Shown one piece after another: positions 24,720 through 37,020 of a DNA stretch of 64,000 bases. Position 1 is the stretch's first letter. Each line of letters begins with the position of its first letter. The DNA is from Euglena gracilis (Eukaryota). The stretch is taken from contig CP154954.1 of the NCBI GenBank assembly GCA_039621445.1, positions 6,521,425 to 6,585,424 of the forward strand. The letters run 5' to 3'. A model generated the notes under the pieces. That model saw nothing but the letters and a program-made list of their open reading frames with translations, did no database searches and had not been told where the DNA came from. The translations under genes and the position numbers were made by a program.

Positions 24720-26785
24720 GACCGGTCGCTCCGACCACCAACGATCGCTAGCGACCGGTCGCCAGAATTCGGTCGCTAGCGACCACCAAAAGTTCCATGG
24801 CCAATTTCCCGCTCGGAGCCGAAAACAGAATCCCTTTTAAACTTTCTTGGACGTTTTAGACTTGGGGCTGGCAGACTTCAACCAAAGCAACGTTCGGTGG
24901 TTGGGCCCTGCTTTGGAAATTGGGTCGAAGTCTTTGCGGTACAGCGACCCATCGCAAGAAAATGGTCACCAGTGATGGTGGTCGTCCCGACCACCATTCA
25001 TTGACCCCCAAGTATGAAAAAGTTTTAAGCCCCCAACATCATTGAAAAATGGCCCAAATGCCAGGGGGTGTGTTATTTGGGCGCAAAAACTCGAAATCGG
25101 CCCCAGAGGGGGGGTGTTATTGGGTGGTGTTATTTGGGGGGGGGGGGTGGCAGGAATCAGGTACTGCGTCCTGATTCCTGCGCTTTATACACAGGACTCA
25201 GGATGGAGTCCCGGGGGGGGGGGGGGGGTTTGCTGGCAGGGCCAGCTAGTGGAAAAATTTAGTACCCACTTGCCTAAAATTCCCATTTTTCAACAAAATC
25301 AGCCAAAAAAACATTACCCCCAATTTGCACCCCCCAATGTCTAATTGGCTAATTGGCCTCCAGGACAAGACGGGCCAATTTCAGCAAGGCTGCAAAAGGG
25401 CTCAGAAAACCTCCAAAAACGTCCGTTTCGAAAGTTTTAAAATTTGCCGAATAAGAAAAGTCATGACAAATTCCACTATGCGCAAAAAATTGATTAATTT
25501 TGCACAGCTAAAAAATTAGAGGGTGGGTGTCCTCGAGCGCCCCCCCCCCTAGTTGTCCCCCCCCCCCCGATGTCTCACCCTCCCTCCACCTTTCAGGCAC
25601 AAAATGGCCACCCTGGGGGAGCGAACACTTTGGGTGCCTTTGGCGTCAAAGGCAAATGACCACTTTGAGGGGGCAAATTTGGCAAAAAAAATTGGTCACT
25701 TTGGGGGGGGAACACTTTCAGGGGAGGGGTGAGGGTTCTTTCATGGTCCATTTCCACCGGGTATGATTCGATCTGCACCAACTGTGTTGCTCTGAAGAGC
25801 TGTGGGGTTGCAGTGGTTTGTTCAGAGATCGCACATCCCGAGACTTGTTGGATTTAGGGAGCTTTTGCAAAACGTTCCAAAAATTTTGACCGCCAAGTTT
25901 GAAAGACTCTGCAACGGAATCTCAAAAATTTACCCACCAGTCTCTGAGATTTTGGAAAAAGGTCCCATGTGTTTTGGCAAAAGAGCTCAAAATTATGGCA
26001 AAAATGGTCAACAATTTTGGCAGGAGGTCCCAAAATTGAGTGTTAGGTGTAATCAACGGATTTTACAAGCGGGACCGGAGTTCGCATGTTTGACTGTGTG
26101 AAAACGGTGAGCGCCAATGGTGCCCCCCATCATTGCACCGTGAACACGTGCTTGGACCCTGGTTCCATCTTAAACCGTTTAGCAAAGCCACGGGTTAAAA
26201 CTCCCCGGAACCTCCAAATTTGTGTTCCAAGCAATTCCTAATTTCCCCATCCGAACCTCGATATCGTCAATTACCCCCAAAAAAACACCTTCTTGGTTCA
26301 TTTTGCTGTCAGAACCACATTGGTCCCAAAAAAATTCCGAAAATGACGCATTTTCAGAAAGTGTTCATGGGTGCATTTTTTTGGTGCAATTGACGAAATT
26401 CTAAGAATGAGAGAGCAAGGTCCCAAGAGCGAGAGAGCTTTGAAAAAGCTCCAAAATTTTGACTGCCAAGCATCGAAGCTTTGCAAGGGAATCCCAAAAT
26501 TTTGCCCACCAGTCCCAAAATTTTTTGGGAGGATGTCCCACAAGGTTTTGCCCAAAGTTATGGAAGAAATGCCAACCATTTTGGCAGGAGGTTCCAAAAT
26601 TGTGAGGTCAAGTGTAACTGATTAAGCCCCCCATTCACACCGACGGGTCAGTATGACATTTTCACATTTCTTGAAATCTCGGCGCGAGGGGGTCTGTAAA
26701 TGGGGGGTCGTGAAACAAGGTGCTCGACTGGGGTGGCGGGCTGGGGATGAGGCGACCTTCATTCTTCCCAAATTGTCGTCCACCC

Positions 26786-27078
26786 CAGGCTTTTTTTTAC
26801 CGACCGGGGGGGTGCTATGGGGTGCCTGCCCCTGGCAGGCACACCCCCCCCCCCCCGGGGGGTTTGGGGAACCCAGAAAAATTTCATTGAAAATGGCCTT
26901 TTCCGGGCCCCCGGCGCCGGGGTCGGAGGGGGGTGCCTGCTATGGGCAGGCATCCCCAAAAACCCGACCCCCCCCCCCGGGGGGGTCAGTTGGTGTGCAA
27001 AAGGGTGCCTGCCCCTAGCACCCCCCCCGGGGGGGGGGGGGGGGGGGGGGTCGGCACCTCACTAAAAAAAAAAAGCCT
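26786..27078. mobile_element. hAT-like MITE (CAGGCTTT...AAAGCCTG)
   Basis: TSD gtccaccc/gtgcaccc (7/8). Confidence 0.8.
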
Positions 27079-28389
27079 GGTGCACCCCCAATAAACAATC
27101 CATCTATTCACATTTCGCCAAAAATAGACACTGGGGTGAGCCTGAATGCTTTTTTATGTTGACTGAAACCTCGCTTTATTTCGCTTTGCCTTGCACAACA
27201 ACCCCTTTCCATCTATGCCAACCCCTTTCTTTGCACTGGATGCAACAAAGGGGTCGGCATAAATGTATTTTTTATTTTTCCCTCCAGGGGTCGGAATGGA
27301 AGGTGAATCGGTATAAATGGACTTCTTCTGATTTTTCCAGGGGGGGGGTGTAAATTGGGGGGTCGGTAGAAACAGGGGGTTGGTCTAAAAGGGAGGGGGT
27401 TATAACTGACCTCCAAGAAAATGGAAAATTTTCACACAATTTTCACGCATTCCCAAGGGTCGACCATGGAATTTTTGGTGGTCACTAGCGACTGGCCGCA
27501 ACCATTGGTGGTCGCCAGTGACTGGTCATTCCAACCACCAAAATTTGACCACCAACCATGTGTTCCCATGTAGTTTGAGCTAAGTTAAAAGAATCGAGGG
27601 GGGGGGGGCTTAACTTTCACAAAGGGTGGGGTGGAATTAAAATACAGTGGAGGTCGGAGGTTGACCCAAGCTCCAGAGGTCGATGAGCCAGGGCCAATGG
27701 TCGGCCTGACCATGGTTGGCCCAACCTCCAAAACCGTCAGGCCCCCCCAAAAAGGATTTACGCCCCCCTCCAACAAATTCTTTTAAATATCATGTAAATC
27801 ACCTGAAACTCACCAAAATCCCTATAAATTGCCCCATTCAGGGGTCAATATGCAAAATTTTAGGGAAGAAAACACCTTTTGCCATAATCTTGGGCACTTT
27901 TGGCAAAAATTTTGGAACCTTTTTGAAAAAATCTTGAACTGTTTTGTCAGAGGTTTGGAACTCCATGGTCTGGCAGCTTTGGAACTTTTTTGCAAGTTTT
28001 TTTTTGGGGACTTGCCGATTTTTTTGTTTCCCTTTGTTGCGATGTGCTTTTTTTGGAATGTCTGTCCAACAAACGTCGGCACAGCTAGCAGCTCGTTTAA
28101 AATGAAGCCAAAGCAAAAATATTTTTTTAAAGATTCTTTGTTTTTTAAAAAAAACCAAAGAACCACCACAGAGGGTTGTGGGCAACTTTTTTTTTCATTT
28201 CAAATACAAGCCTTTTTACCATCTGTGGACCAGTTCAAGGCAAAATTTGGATGGTTTCAACAAGAGAATTGAAAATAAGGTGATCAAAAATTGGTTGTTT
28301 TTTTGCGAAATTGACAATGTCCCAAAACGGAACAAAAAAGCATTCAGAAAAAGGACACAAAAGGTTGGTCAATTTCCATGACATCGGAA

Positions 28390-28756
28390 TCCGTTTATGT
28401 CGGTCGATTTCCATTCAGGCGCCCGTTTATGTCGGTCGATTTCCATTCAGGCGCCCGTTTATGTCGGTCGATTTCCATTCAGGCGCCCGTTTATGTCAGT
28501 CAATTTCCATTCAGGCGCCCGTTTATGTCTAACGGTTTCCATTCAGGCGCCTATTAATGGGCCAAAACCCACTTTTTTGGCCATATTTCCGTCCAGGTGG
28601 TTCGGTCGAATGAATTTCAAGACAGGCGTCTGGCCCAGACAAAATAGGTTTTAGAAAAATCGACCGACACAGATTCAGCAGGGGCGCCGGGCGGCTCGCT
28701 TCGCTCGCTCGCGCCCAGCGCCCCTGCTGAATCTGTTAGTGTCGGTCGATTTTTGT
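28390..28756 (-). mobile_element. End fragment of hairpin-ended YR element family (iterons + IR + terminal palindrome)
   Basis: ~5 copies of a ~32-bp repeat (gtttatgtcggtcgatttccattcaggcgccc), then ttcaagacaggcgtctggcccagacaaaataggtttta, then a palindrome at ~28655-28754 with loop gctcgcttcgctcgc. Homologous to 37779-38105. Confidence 0.8.
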
Positions 28757-29621
28757 ATAGACACTGCGCATTTTTTGGTCACTCCACGTGGGGTAAGAAA
28801 TGGAAAACCAAATAAGAAATTAATAAAATAAGCTACACTCACAAAAACAAGTCAACTGGCATTCAGCAACATCATTAACACAACAACCTAAATTTTTGGA
28901 AAATATGAATTTCAGACTGGGTTAAAAAAAAACAAACACCTCACCGCTTTGGAACCTGAGCAGTTGGGCTCTGGAACTTGGAGCATTAAATTGTCCATGA
29001 AACAGGCTCCAAAAATATCAGTATCAAATTGCCATCTCGACACCCAGAGAAATTTATTCTACGGTCTTTGGTGCCAGCTCCATGGGAAAAAAAAGCCCCA
29101 TGAGCAGGGTATCCAATGAGAGGGGGGGGGGGAGGGGGGTGGTCTTGCTGGGTTCGAAGCGCTGGAAATTTTTTGAGGGGATTCAAAAAATGCCCAAAAT
29201 TGTGTTTTCAAGTGGTTTTTCCTCCAAATTGACAAAAATAGACGATAAAAACACATGTCTGCCGGCGAAAAGCGCTGGGGAAGAAAAAACTCTTGTTCCA
29301 AGGGGGTCCCGGACCCCCCCCCCCTCAGCCGTGAGGAGGGGTCGGGCAGTCTGGACCCCCTGGGGGGCCCTTGGGAGGGGGGGGGGGTGGAGCCCCTTGG
29401 AAGGGGGGGGGGGGTTGGACCCTCCCTCCCCTCCCCCCTGTGCAAAATCAACGCTCAATACCCTGCCCAAGCACCCACTTTAGACACACGTATGAAAAGG
29501 GGGGAAAGGGGGAAAGGCATCAATACAGTGCTTTGGGCATTTTGAGACATTTACACAATTCTATTGGTACTTGGTTTGTATGGAATATCCAGAAACAGAA
29601 TTAAATGACAAAAGAACGCAC

Positions 29622-32601
29622 CTATGCCTCTGAGCTCTCCGGCGTTGTTTTTGGCTGGTTACACCGGTTACACTTCTTGCGGCTGGCGTAGTTGTGGTTG
29701 CCACAACACCAGTGCTTGGGGGGATTTTCTGACCCGTGGGAGTGGCAAACGGTAGACTGGGGGGGGGGGGGCCTGGGTGGTCGCCCGACTAGTCGGCCGA
29801 CCACCCAATTGGTCGGCCGACTAGGCCTGGTCGGCAGCTAGTCGGCGAGACAGGGGGGGGGGGGTCCTGGGTGGTCGGCCGACTAGTCGGCCGACCACCC
29901 ACTCTAATGTAGTTACGGGCCAGTCTCGCCGACTTTTAAGCCCCCCCCTGAGAAAAAATTTTTGTCCAGATCAACCCAAAACCAGTCAAAACCCACCCAA
30001 ATGGCTCCAGAACCCCCCAGTCGGGGGTGAATACCACCTCCCCCCCCCCTAATTGACTAATCGCCCCGGGGAAAATTTTTTCGACCCCCCCCCCCTAATT
30101 GACTACCCGGGGGGATTCTGTGCTGAAGCACCCCCTAATTGACGGTACCCCCCCCCTAATTGACCAACCCCCCCTAATTGAACCCCCCCCCCCTAATTGA
30201 CCAAAAGGGGGGTCCCGTGGAGAGGTCCCATGGTCAATTAGGGGGGGGAGGTGGTATGCAAAAAAACTGGGGGCAAAATGTCCATTTTGGGCCACTTTTG
30301 GTGAAAGAACACTTCTCCTCGTTGGATTTTCAATATATAAGTCAAAATTTGCACAAAAAGGACTTAGCCCTCCAAGCATATTGCCAACATAGAAGGGATT
30401 TTGTTATTTGAGGGGGGGGGTTGGGGGGGGGGGGCGGAGCCCCCCCCCCCTATGCCAAAGTGAGCCACAAAAACGACTTAGCCCCGGAGTATGTTGCCAA
30501 CATAGAAGGGATTTTGTTATTTGAGGGGGGGGGGTGCGGGGGGGCAGAGCCCCACCGCATATGCCAAAGTGAGCCACAAAAACAACTCAGCCCCGAGTAT
30601 GTTGCCAACATAGAAGGGATTTTGTTATCTGGGCTCGGGTGGGGGTGGAAGGGGGAGTTTTCAGCCTGTCCTGATGCAGAATGCTTGCATTTCTAAAGGA
30701 TTTTCATGTAATCCCTGTTTCATCATTGGTTTTTTACCCCTCCGGACCCCACCAAGGGCCCACCGACCCCCCACCGACCAAAGATTTCCATCTGAGGGTG
30801 TTCCTGTTGGTGTAAGGCACTTATTTGGATCCATCCGGACCATTTCCGGGTGGTTTGGGCCCGCCACACACCATTTTTATGACCACTGACTAGTCACCGA
30901 CTAGTTTGCATACAATTTTCTTCATAAAAAGTCGGCGAGACTGGCCCGTAACTACATTAGAGTTGGTGGTCGGCCGACTAGTCCGCCGACCACCCAGGAC
31001 CCCCCCCCCCTGTCTCGCCGACTAGCTGCCGACCAGGCCTAGTCGGCCGACCAATTGGGTGGTCGGCCGACTAGTCGGCCGACCACCCAGGACCCCCCCC
31101 CAGTCTACCGCCTAGGACCACCCGTGGGGGGGGGGGTGATCAAGGGATTTGTGCATAGCCGGGCCATCTGCAAACCCTTACAGGTTGTCTCTGCACCCCC
31201 CCCCGGGGCCAAAAAGGAGGGGTCACACTCAAAGCAACGGTGCGATCCCCACACTGTGGGCACATCCAGTCGCCTGCCCGAAAACTCGGGGCTGCCGGCT
31301 TGGCTTCTGTCCCTAAGCCGGGCACTGCCATCCCAAGAGATGACAGAGGAGCTGCAACCAGGCCTTTTGTTTCATCAAGCCAATGATGATCCTGCTTCAC
31401 CCACAATTCATCAAAACCAGCAGGGTGGGGTGGGGTCAGGGGAGAGGGTAGGTTGGGGAAATTTCTATTGTGAATGCTAAAAAAAATGCAAAGCAAAAGA
31501 GAACAGTGTGAACCAACCAGAGAAACTCCAGACACATTTTTGAAATTTCGAGAACATTTCTTTTAGTATTTCTTTTGCCAACACTGGGGTGGAAGCAAAA
31601 AACAAAATTGTTCTGCCACAGGAAGCGTCATTCAACCAGTGCAGGCAACTGCAGGTCAGATGTACACAGTCCAGGGGAGTTCAGCCCCTCAAGGTGCCAT
31701 CATAAAAAAAATGCCTGTCTGCCACTTCCGGTTTGGCTGCTTGGCACCGATTGCACACTGTCCTGCTGGCATAGTTGTGGTTCTGGCACGTCATGCACAG
31801 CCAGTCACCGGGACGGGAGCCTTGGAGCATTGGGAGCTGAACACCCAATCCCCTACACGAAAGCAGTGCAGAAAAGGGAATTTAAAGGGAATCCCACACC
31901 ACATCACTGCAGCCTGCTGTAGGTATAATGCTGCACTCGCTGGGGGTGTCTTGCAGCGGTTGCACACGAGTCGGGACCATAAGCCACTGCTTGCCCAGGA
32001 GCTTCAATCTAACAAAGTTCAGAAACAAAATATCCCAACAACTTGCAGGAAGAATTTTTTTCACGTACCACGGGCTTTGGGCGGCATTCCACATCTCTCT
32101 GGGGGTGGAGCGGGGAACTGGAGGGGGGGGGTCAGGGGGAGAAATGGCTTTCTTTGGGGGGGGGGACCAAAAAACTGTGAAATAGGTCATTTGGGGCATT
32201 TTTCCTTGAATTGCCAAGGTCCCATTGTGGGTCACGGTGGGGTCACGGGGGGGACTGCACCCCTCTGACTGACCCTGTAAATCGCAAAAAAAATTTCACA
32301 GCCTGCAAAAAAAAATCTGGAGAAAGATTCACTGATGAAAAAAAAAAAATTTCTAAGCAATGGGGTGGCCGTGAGGCGTAGTTCAGGTTGCAGCAAGCTG
32401 GGTTGGGGCAATACCAGTCCCCAGGACTGGGCCGAGCGGTGCCGTTGCCCCGCACAGGCTGTGCAGTTGTGTCCCCTTCCACCTGCCGCGGGCCGTGACA
32501 CCGATTGCACACAATCCTCGATGCATAGTTGTGGTTTGCACATTGTGGACATTTCCAGTCCCCGGGCCGTCCTTCTGCGGGAGGGCTGGAGACTTGCATC
32601 C
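29622..32601 (-). CDS. RanBP2-type zinc-finger protein (4 fingers, likely RNA-binding)
   Basis: Exons ~32601-32371, 31972-~31900, ~31850-31721, 31353-31251, 29702-29622 (TAG). Four GDWxC-x2-4-C-xNxNYASRxxCNRC repeats: GDWKCPQCANHNYASRIVCNRC, GDWYCPNPACCNLNYASRLVCNRC, GDWLCMTCQNHNYASRTVCNRC, GDWMCPQCGNHNYASRKKCNRC. ATG at 32599 lies just after a polypyrimidine-AG acceptor. Confidence 0.9.
29741..31119. mobile_element. Non-autonomous long-TIR element with 9-bp TSD (Mutator-like), intronic
   Basis: Long TIRs built from GTCGGCCGACTAG palindromes; TSD acccgtggg; inverted copy at 62359-63468; partial copy at ~22190-23020. Confidence 0.8.
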
Positions 32602-32706
32602 CTGGGGGGAAAAAACAAAAGGAGATGAGACACAGGTTCACCAAATGAATCCCCCTTGAGTGGCGTGGGCACTTTTCCCAGCACAAACCCGCACCCTTTT
32701 TTTGTT

Positions 32707-34048
32707 AAAAACGTGTTCAGCCCGCCAAATGCCTGCCCTGAAATTCGTGGCATGAACACGTTTTCAATGAGGGCATTTGTGGCAATGACACGTTTTCCAT
32801 TAAGGCATCTGTGTTCAGGCACGTTTTCCATTAGGGCATCTGTGGCAACCCCGAGCAAGAAGCAAAAAATCGCTGTCATGAAAAATCGCCGTGCGGTTGA
32901 GAGGCCGTGTGGTCCTCAACGGGTGAGGCGGGTCAGGGGCACTCTACAACACGACAGAAGGCTAGATTGCCTTGGAGCACAACGACAGGGAGTGGCGGAC
33001 ATCACGGCACACGACACGCTTCACACAAAAAAGAGCCATACTTTGGTGGCCGCCGCAAATCTTGGCAATGAAAATGATATGCCAAACCGCAGGCGTCACA
33101 GACAACTTTGTTCAGCTCCACACAATTTGGATTTTTGGGAATGGCAACAGCACAAAAACCACATTTCTCCTGTTTTATAGGCAGTCGGGAACGATTCCCT
33201 GAAATGAACAAAGTTCCCGACTGCTGCTCACGTTGAGCCACACATTGTTCGATTGACGCTCGCCTCATCGAACAACAGGCTGGGGTCCAGCTCCCATCCC
33301 GTCCAGGCAACAAAGAAAGCATCCAGCTCAGGATAAGAGGCTTGCCGATGTTGACACAGTTTGGCGAACTCCAAACGGTTGGCAACAGCAGCAAGCTCTG
33401 CACCTACGGAGCCGGACTTTTTCTTTGTGTTGCCCTGTGCCAGCAAGGTGCCATGAAGGGGGTCAACCTTCGGCTTCTTGGCATCTTGCTGGTATACTGC
33501 AAGAGCAGCCAGGAACAGTTCCGTCCTAGGGGGAGGTGGCAAAAGACCATTCACAAAAGTTTGCCGTGCGTTTAGCCATACTGGGAGGGCTGCGGAAAAA
33601 AGAAAAAAAAGAAAGAGTGGGGTGCAAAAAAAAAAGGGGCCCGGGGGTGACATGTTTTCCATGAAAAGGGGGGCATCTTTGGGGCGTTTTCAACGAGGGC
33701 ATTTGTGGCAATGACATGTTTTCCATTAAGGAATCTGTGTTCGGGCACGTTTCCCATTAAGGCATTTGTGGCAATGACACGTTTTCCATTTAGGCATCTG
33801 TGTTCAGGCACGTTTTCCATTAGGGCGCCGTTTTTGGGTCCGAATTTCACAAATTCGCGTTTTTGACCCCTTGCGTGAATCATGACCACGAATTTCAGGG
33901 CAGGCATTTGGCGGGCTCTGAACACGGTTTTAAACAAATTGTGGCTGAGCCCAGATTTCAGCCTGAAAACGTGTTCAGGGGGCCCCCTTCGGGGGCCCCC
34001 TGGCTGAACACGTTTTCAGGCTGAAATCTGGGCTCAGCCACAATTTGT
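32707..34048 (-). mobile_element. Hairpin-ended tyrosine-recombinase/PHD element, internally deleted
   Basis: Palindrome 33934-34048; IR pair at ~32710-32760 and ~33885-33930; ggcatttgtggcaatgacacgttttcc repeats at both ends. ORF remnant LEFAKLCQHRQASYPELDAFFVAWTGWELDPSLLFDEA is homologous to the YR N-terminus at 38.3 kb. PHD remnant CGFC...CDACGLAYHFHC...FLCEAC at ~33005-33170. Confidence 0.75.
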
Positions 34049-34056
34049 GAGTAAAA

Positions 34057-36316
34057 CCGGCGTTTGAGACGCCGGGTTCAGGACAGAACCGGCGTCCCCC
34101 CCCACGGGTTTTCGGACGCCGGTTCTGTCCTAAAGCCCGGCGTTAGGAACGCCGGTTTTGTCCAAAACCCGGCGTCCGATTTTCATTCCTAAAAATGTCA
34201 CCAAAAGTGCCCAAAAGTGGCCCCAAGCTCCTGGTGTGACTGTCAAAACCATCTAGGACAATGATTTTTGCCATTTGGGGACCAGTGGGGTGGACATCCA
34301 AATTTGGTGGAAATTGGCCCAGATTTCGATAAAGAGTACCGTGCGGCGTGGAAAGATCTGATGAGCACCGCTGGTCGTCTGTTGAAAAGAGCTTTCGATC
34401 GAGGGGTAACTTGGTACCCTAACGTTGCACGCAGCCAGAGATACGCTCGCGATCGTCGGATCGGCCAGAATCTTAGTCGAAATTTGTGGTAGTTTTCAGT
34501 GATTTTTGGTTTAAGATGCTGAATAAACCTTACAGAAACGTTTCTTCTCTTCGAAGCGACCACCTGAGGGGTCCCGGGGGGCACCAGAGTTGTGAAATTA
34601 GGATTTCCCAGTGACAGAAAATAAGAGCTCCAGGCGGCGCCGCTGAATTTGGTGGTGATCGCCGGTCGTCTGATGAAAAGAGCTTTCGATTGAGGGGTGA
34701 GTTTGTACCCAGACGATCGACACAGCCAGAAATACCCTCGCGATCGCCGTAATTTGGTGAAATGCAAGGTGGCGTGACATTGCAGATAAGTGGTCGGAGA
34801 TTGGTCGTGGGAGTGTCCTTTGACCGAAGGGTGGGGACGCCGGTTCTGTCCTGAACCCGGCGTCTCTAAAACGCCGCTTTAAACAAGGGGTGGCGGACGC
34901 CGGTTCTGTCCAAAACCCGGCGTTCCGGACGCCGGGTTTTGGACAGAACCGGCGTCCGCCACCCCTTTTTTGTAGTAGAAAACCCTCCACCCCCGGGGGG
35001 TCAACCACCCACCCACCCACTCAAAACAACCAAGGGGGAGCACGCCGTTGGCCAGCTGTCGGCCAGCCATGTGACTCACAGGAAAATGATTCTTGAAAGC
35101 AGAAGCAACTTCGCTGTCAATCTTCAAGGTCACGTTCAGGGGTTTTTCCTATATATTACCACCCAAATTTGTTTGATGTCACTTTGGACACCCTCAATGG
35201 GAAACCGTGTGTCCGGGTTATGGCTCTTGTCAAGGGCCCATTAGGCGCTAGCCCAAAGCACAGTGTGGCACCGTGTTCCGTGTTATGGGGCGTCGCTCAG
35301 GACTGGAAGTGTGCTAGGCGCCCATAACCCGGGTACACGGTGAGACGCCGGGCTCAGGACAGAACCGGCGTCCCCCCCCCACGGGCTTTCGGACGCCGGT
35401 TCTGTCCTAAAGCCCAGCGTTAGGAACGCCGGCTTTGTCCAAAGCCCGGCGTCCAATTTTCATTCCAAAAAATGTCACCAAAAGTGCCCAAAAGTGGCCC
35501 TAAGGTGCTGGTATGACTGTTTCAACCATCTAGGACAATGAATTTTGCCATCTGGGGACCAGTGGGGTGGACATCCAAATTTGGTGGAAATTGGCCCAGA
35601 TTTGGAAATAGAGTACCGTGCAGCGTGGAAAGATCTGATGAGCACCGCTGGTCGTCTGTTGAAAAGAGCTTTCGATCGAGGGGTAACTTGGTACCCAAAC
35701 GTTGCACGCAGCCCGAGATACGCTCGCGATCGTCGGATCGGCCAGAATCTGAGTCGAAACTTGTCGCAGTTTTCAGTGATTTTTGGTTTAAGATGCTTAA
35801 TAAACCTTACAGAAACGTTTTTCCTCTTCGAATCAACGACCTGAGGGCCTTGGGGGGGCACCAGAGTTGTGAAATTAGGATTCCCCACTGACAGAAAATA
35901 AGAGCTCCAGGCGACGTGGCTGAATTTGGTGGTGATCGCCAGTCGTCTGATGAAAAGAGCTTTCGATCGAGGGGTGATTTTTTACCTCGACGATTGACAC
36001 AGCCAGAAATACCCTCGCGATCTCCGGAATTTGGTGAAGTGCAAAGTGGTCTGACATTGCAGTTCAGTGGTCGGAGATTGGTCCTGGGAGTGTCCTTTGG
36101 CCGAAGGGTGGGGACGCCGGTTCTGTCCTGAGCCCGGCGTCTCTAAAACGCCGGCTTAAACAAGAGGTGTTGGACGCCGGTTCTGTCCAAAGCCCGGCGT
36201 TCCAAACGCCGGTTCCGTCCTTCGGACGGAACCGGCGTTTGGAACGCCGGGCTTTGGACAGAACCGGCGTCCGACACCTCTTTTTTGTAGTAGTTTTAAA
36301 CGAAGTGCCAGCTATG
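34057..36316. repeat. Tandemly duplicated ~950-bp repeat element with GACGCCGGTTCTGTCC subterminal arrays
   Basis: 34057-~34980 and ~35342-36290 are near-identical; inverted third copy at 63640-64000; related family at 41340-43010. Confidence 0.85.
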
Positions 36317-37020
36317 GCTGTTACACGCCTGTTGGAGTTCCAGCAGGTGTGTAAACATCTGAACGCTCAGTATGAGGACCTGGATGGCTTTTTTTCCGCA
36401 TGGGCTGGTTGGGTCATTGACCCCAGATATTTGTTTGATGAGGCTACCCTCATCAATCAAATTCAACGGGGCACAGTGTGGCACATTGGAACGAGACATA
36501 ACCCGAACCCCGTGCCAATCAGCAAATAGTTAAAACGCAATTTCTGAGTGAAGTAATGACCTGAACTCAGTCTTGCAGGTGTGGAGTTGGACCAAACTGT
36601 TCGTAGCCAATGACTCTGTTCCACAGGGAGATTGTAGAAATTCGCACAAAAATGTCTTTGTTTTAGCCCGTAGCATCGATTGAGCTTTGACCCCCAGATG
36701 GTGTTGTTTCACCGAAATGAACCTCAGTCACACGGGGTCGGACGGCTTCATCAGAGCGAGGGGGTGGTTTCACACAAATGTTGTTGGAAAAACAAGGAAG
36801 TTGTGATTGGGCGTAATACAAATGAGTTTTTTATAAATCAAGGCCTCATGGCGCTGTTTGTGAGAGGAAAGTAAAGCAAATCGAAAAAACCTCAATGTCA
36901 AAGTGTGAAAAGTCCGGTGGAAGCTCGCCATCCTTGACAGAGTGCACTTGTCGTACCACTGGAAGTGTGCTAACCTGGTGCGTCCCCCAAAGCATGGGTC
37001 CTGGGTTTGTGAGTCGTGTG
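36317..37020 (+). pseudogene. Degenerate YR-PHD ORF remnant
   Basis: AVTRLLEFQQVCKHLNAQYEDLDGFFSAWAGWVIDPRYLFDEA (paralogous to the 33.3 and 38.4 kb remnants); a later KEVVIGRNT segment; frameshifted PHD-like CQKC...YHWKCANLVRPPKHGSWVCESC. Confidence 0.6.

Noticed and set aside
21012-24812. Single 3.8-kb element bounded by GCGGGAAATTGGCC TIRs
   Set aside because: Inverted ends are present but there is no TSD; may be two separate fragments.
28390-28552. CRISPR-like repeat array (also 37994-38105, 40805-40930)
   Set aside because: Head-to-tail tandem repeats without unique spacers, no cas genes, eukaryotic context; better read as iterons of the YR element.
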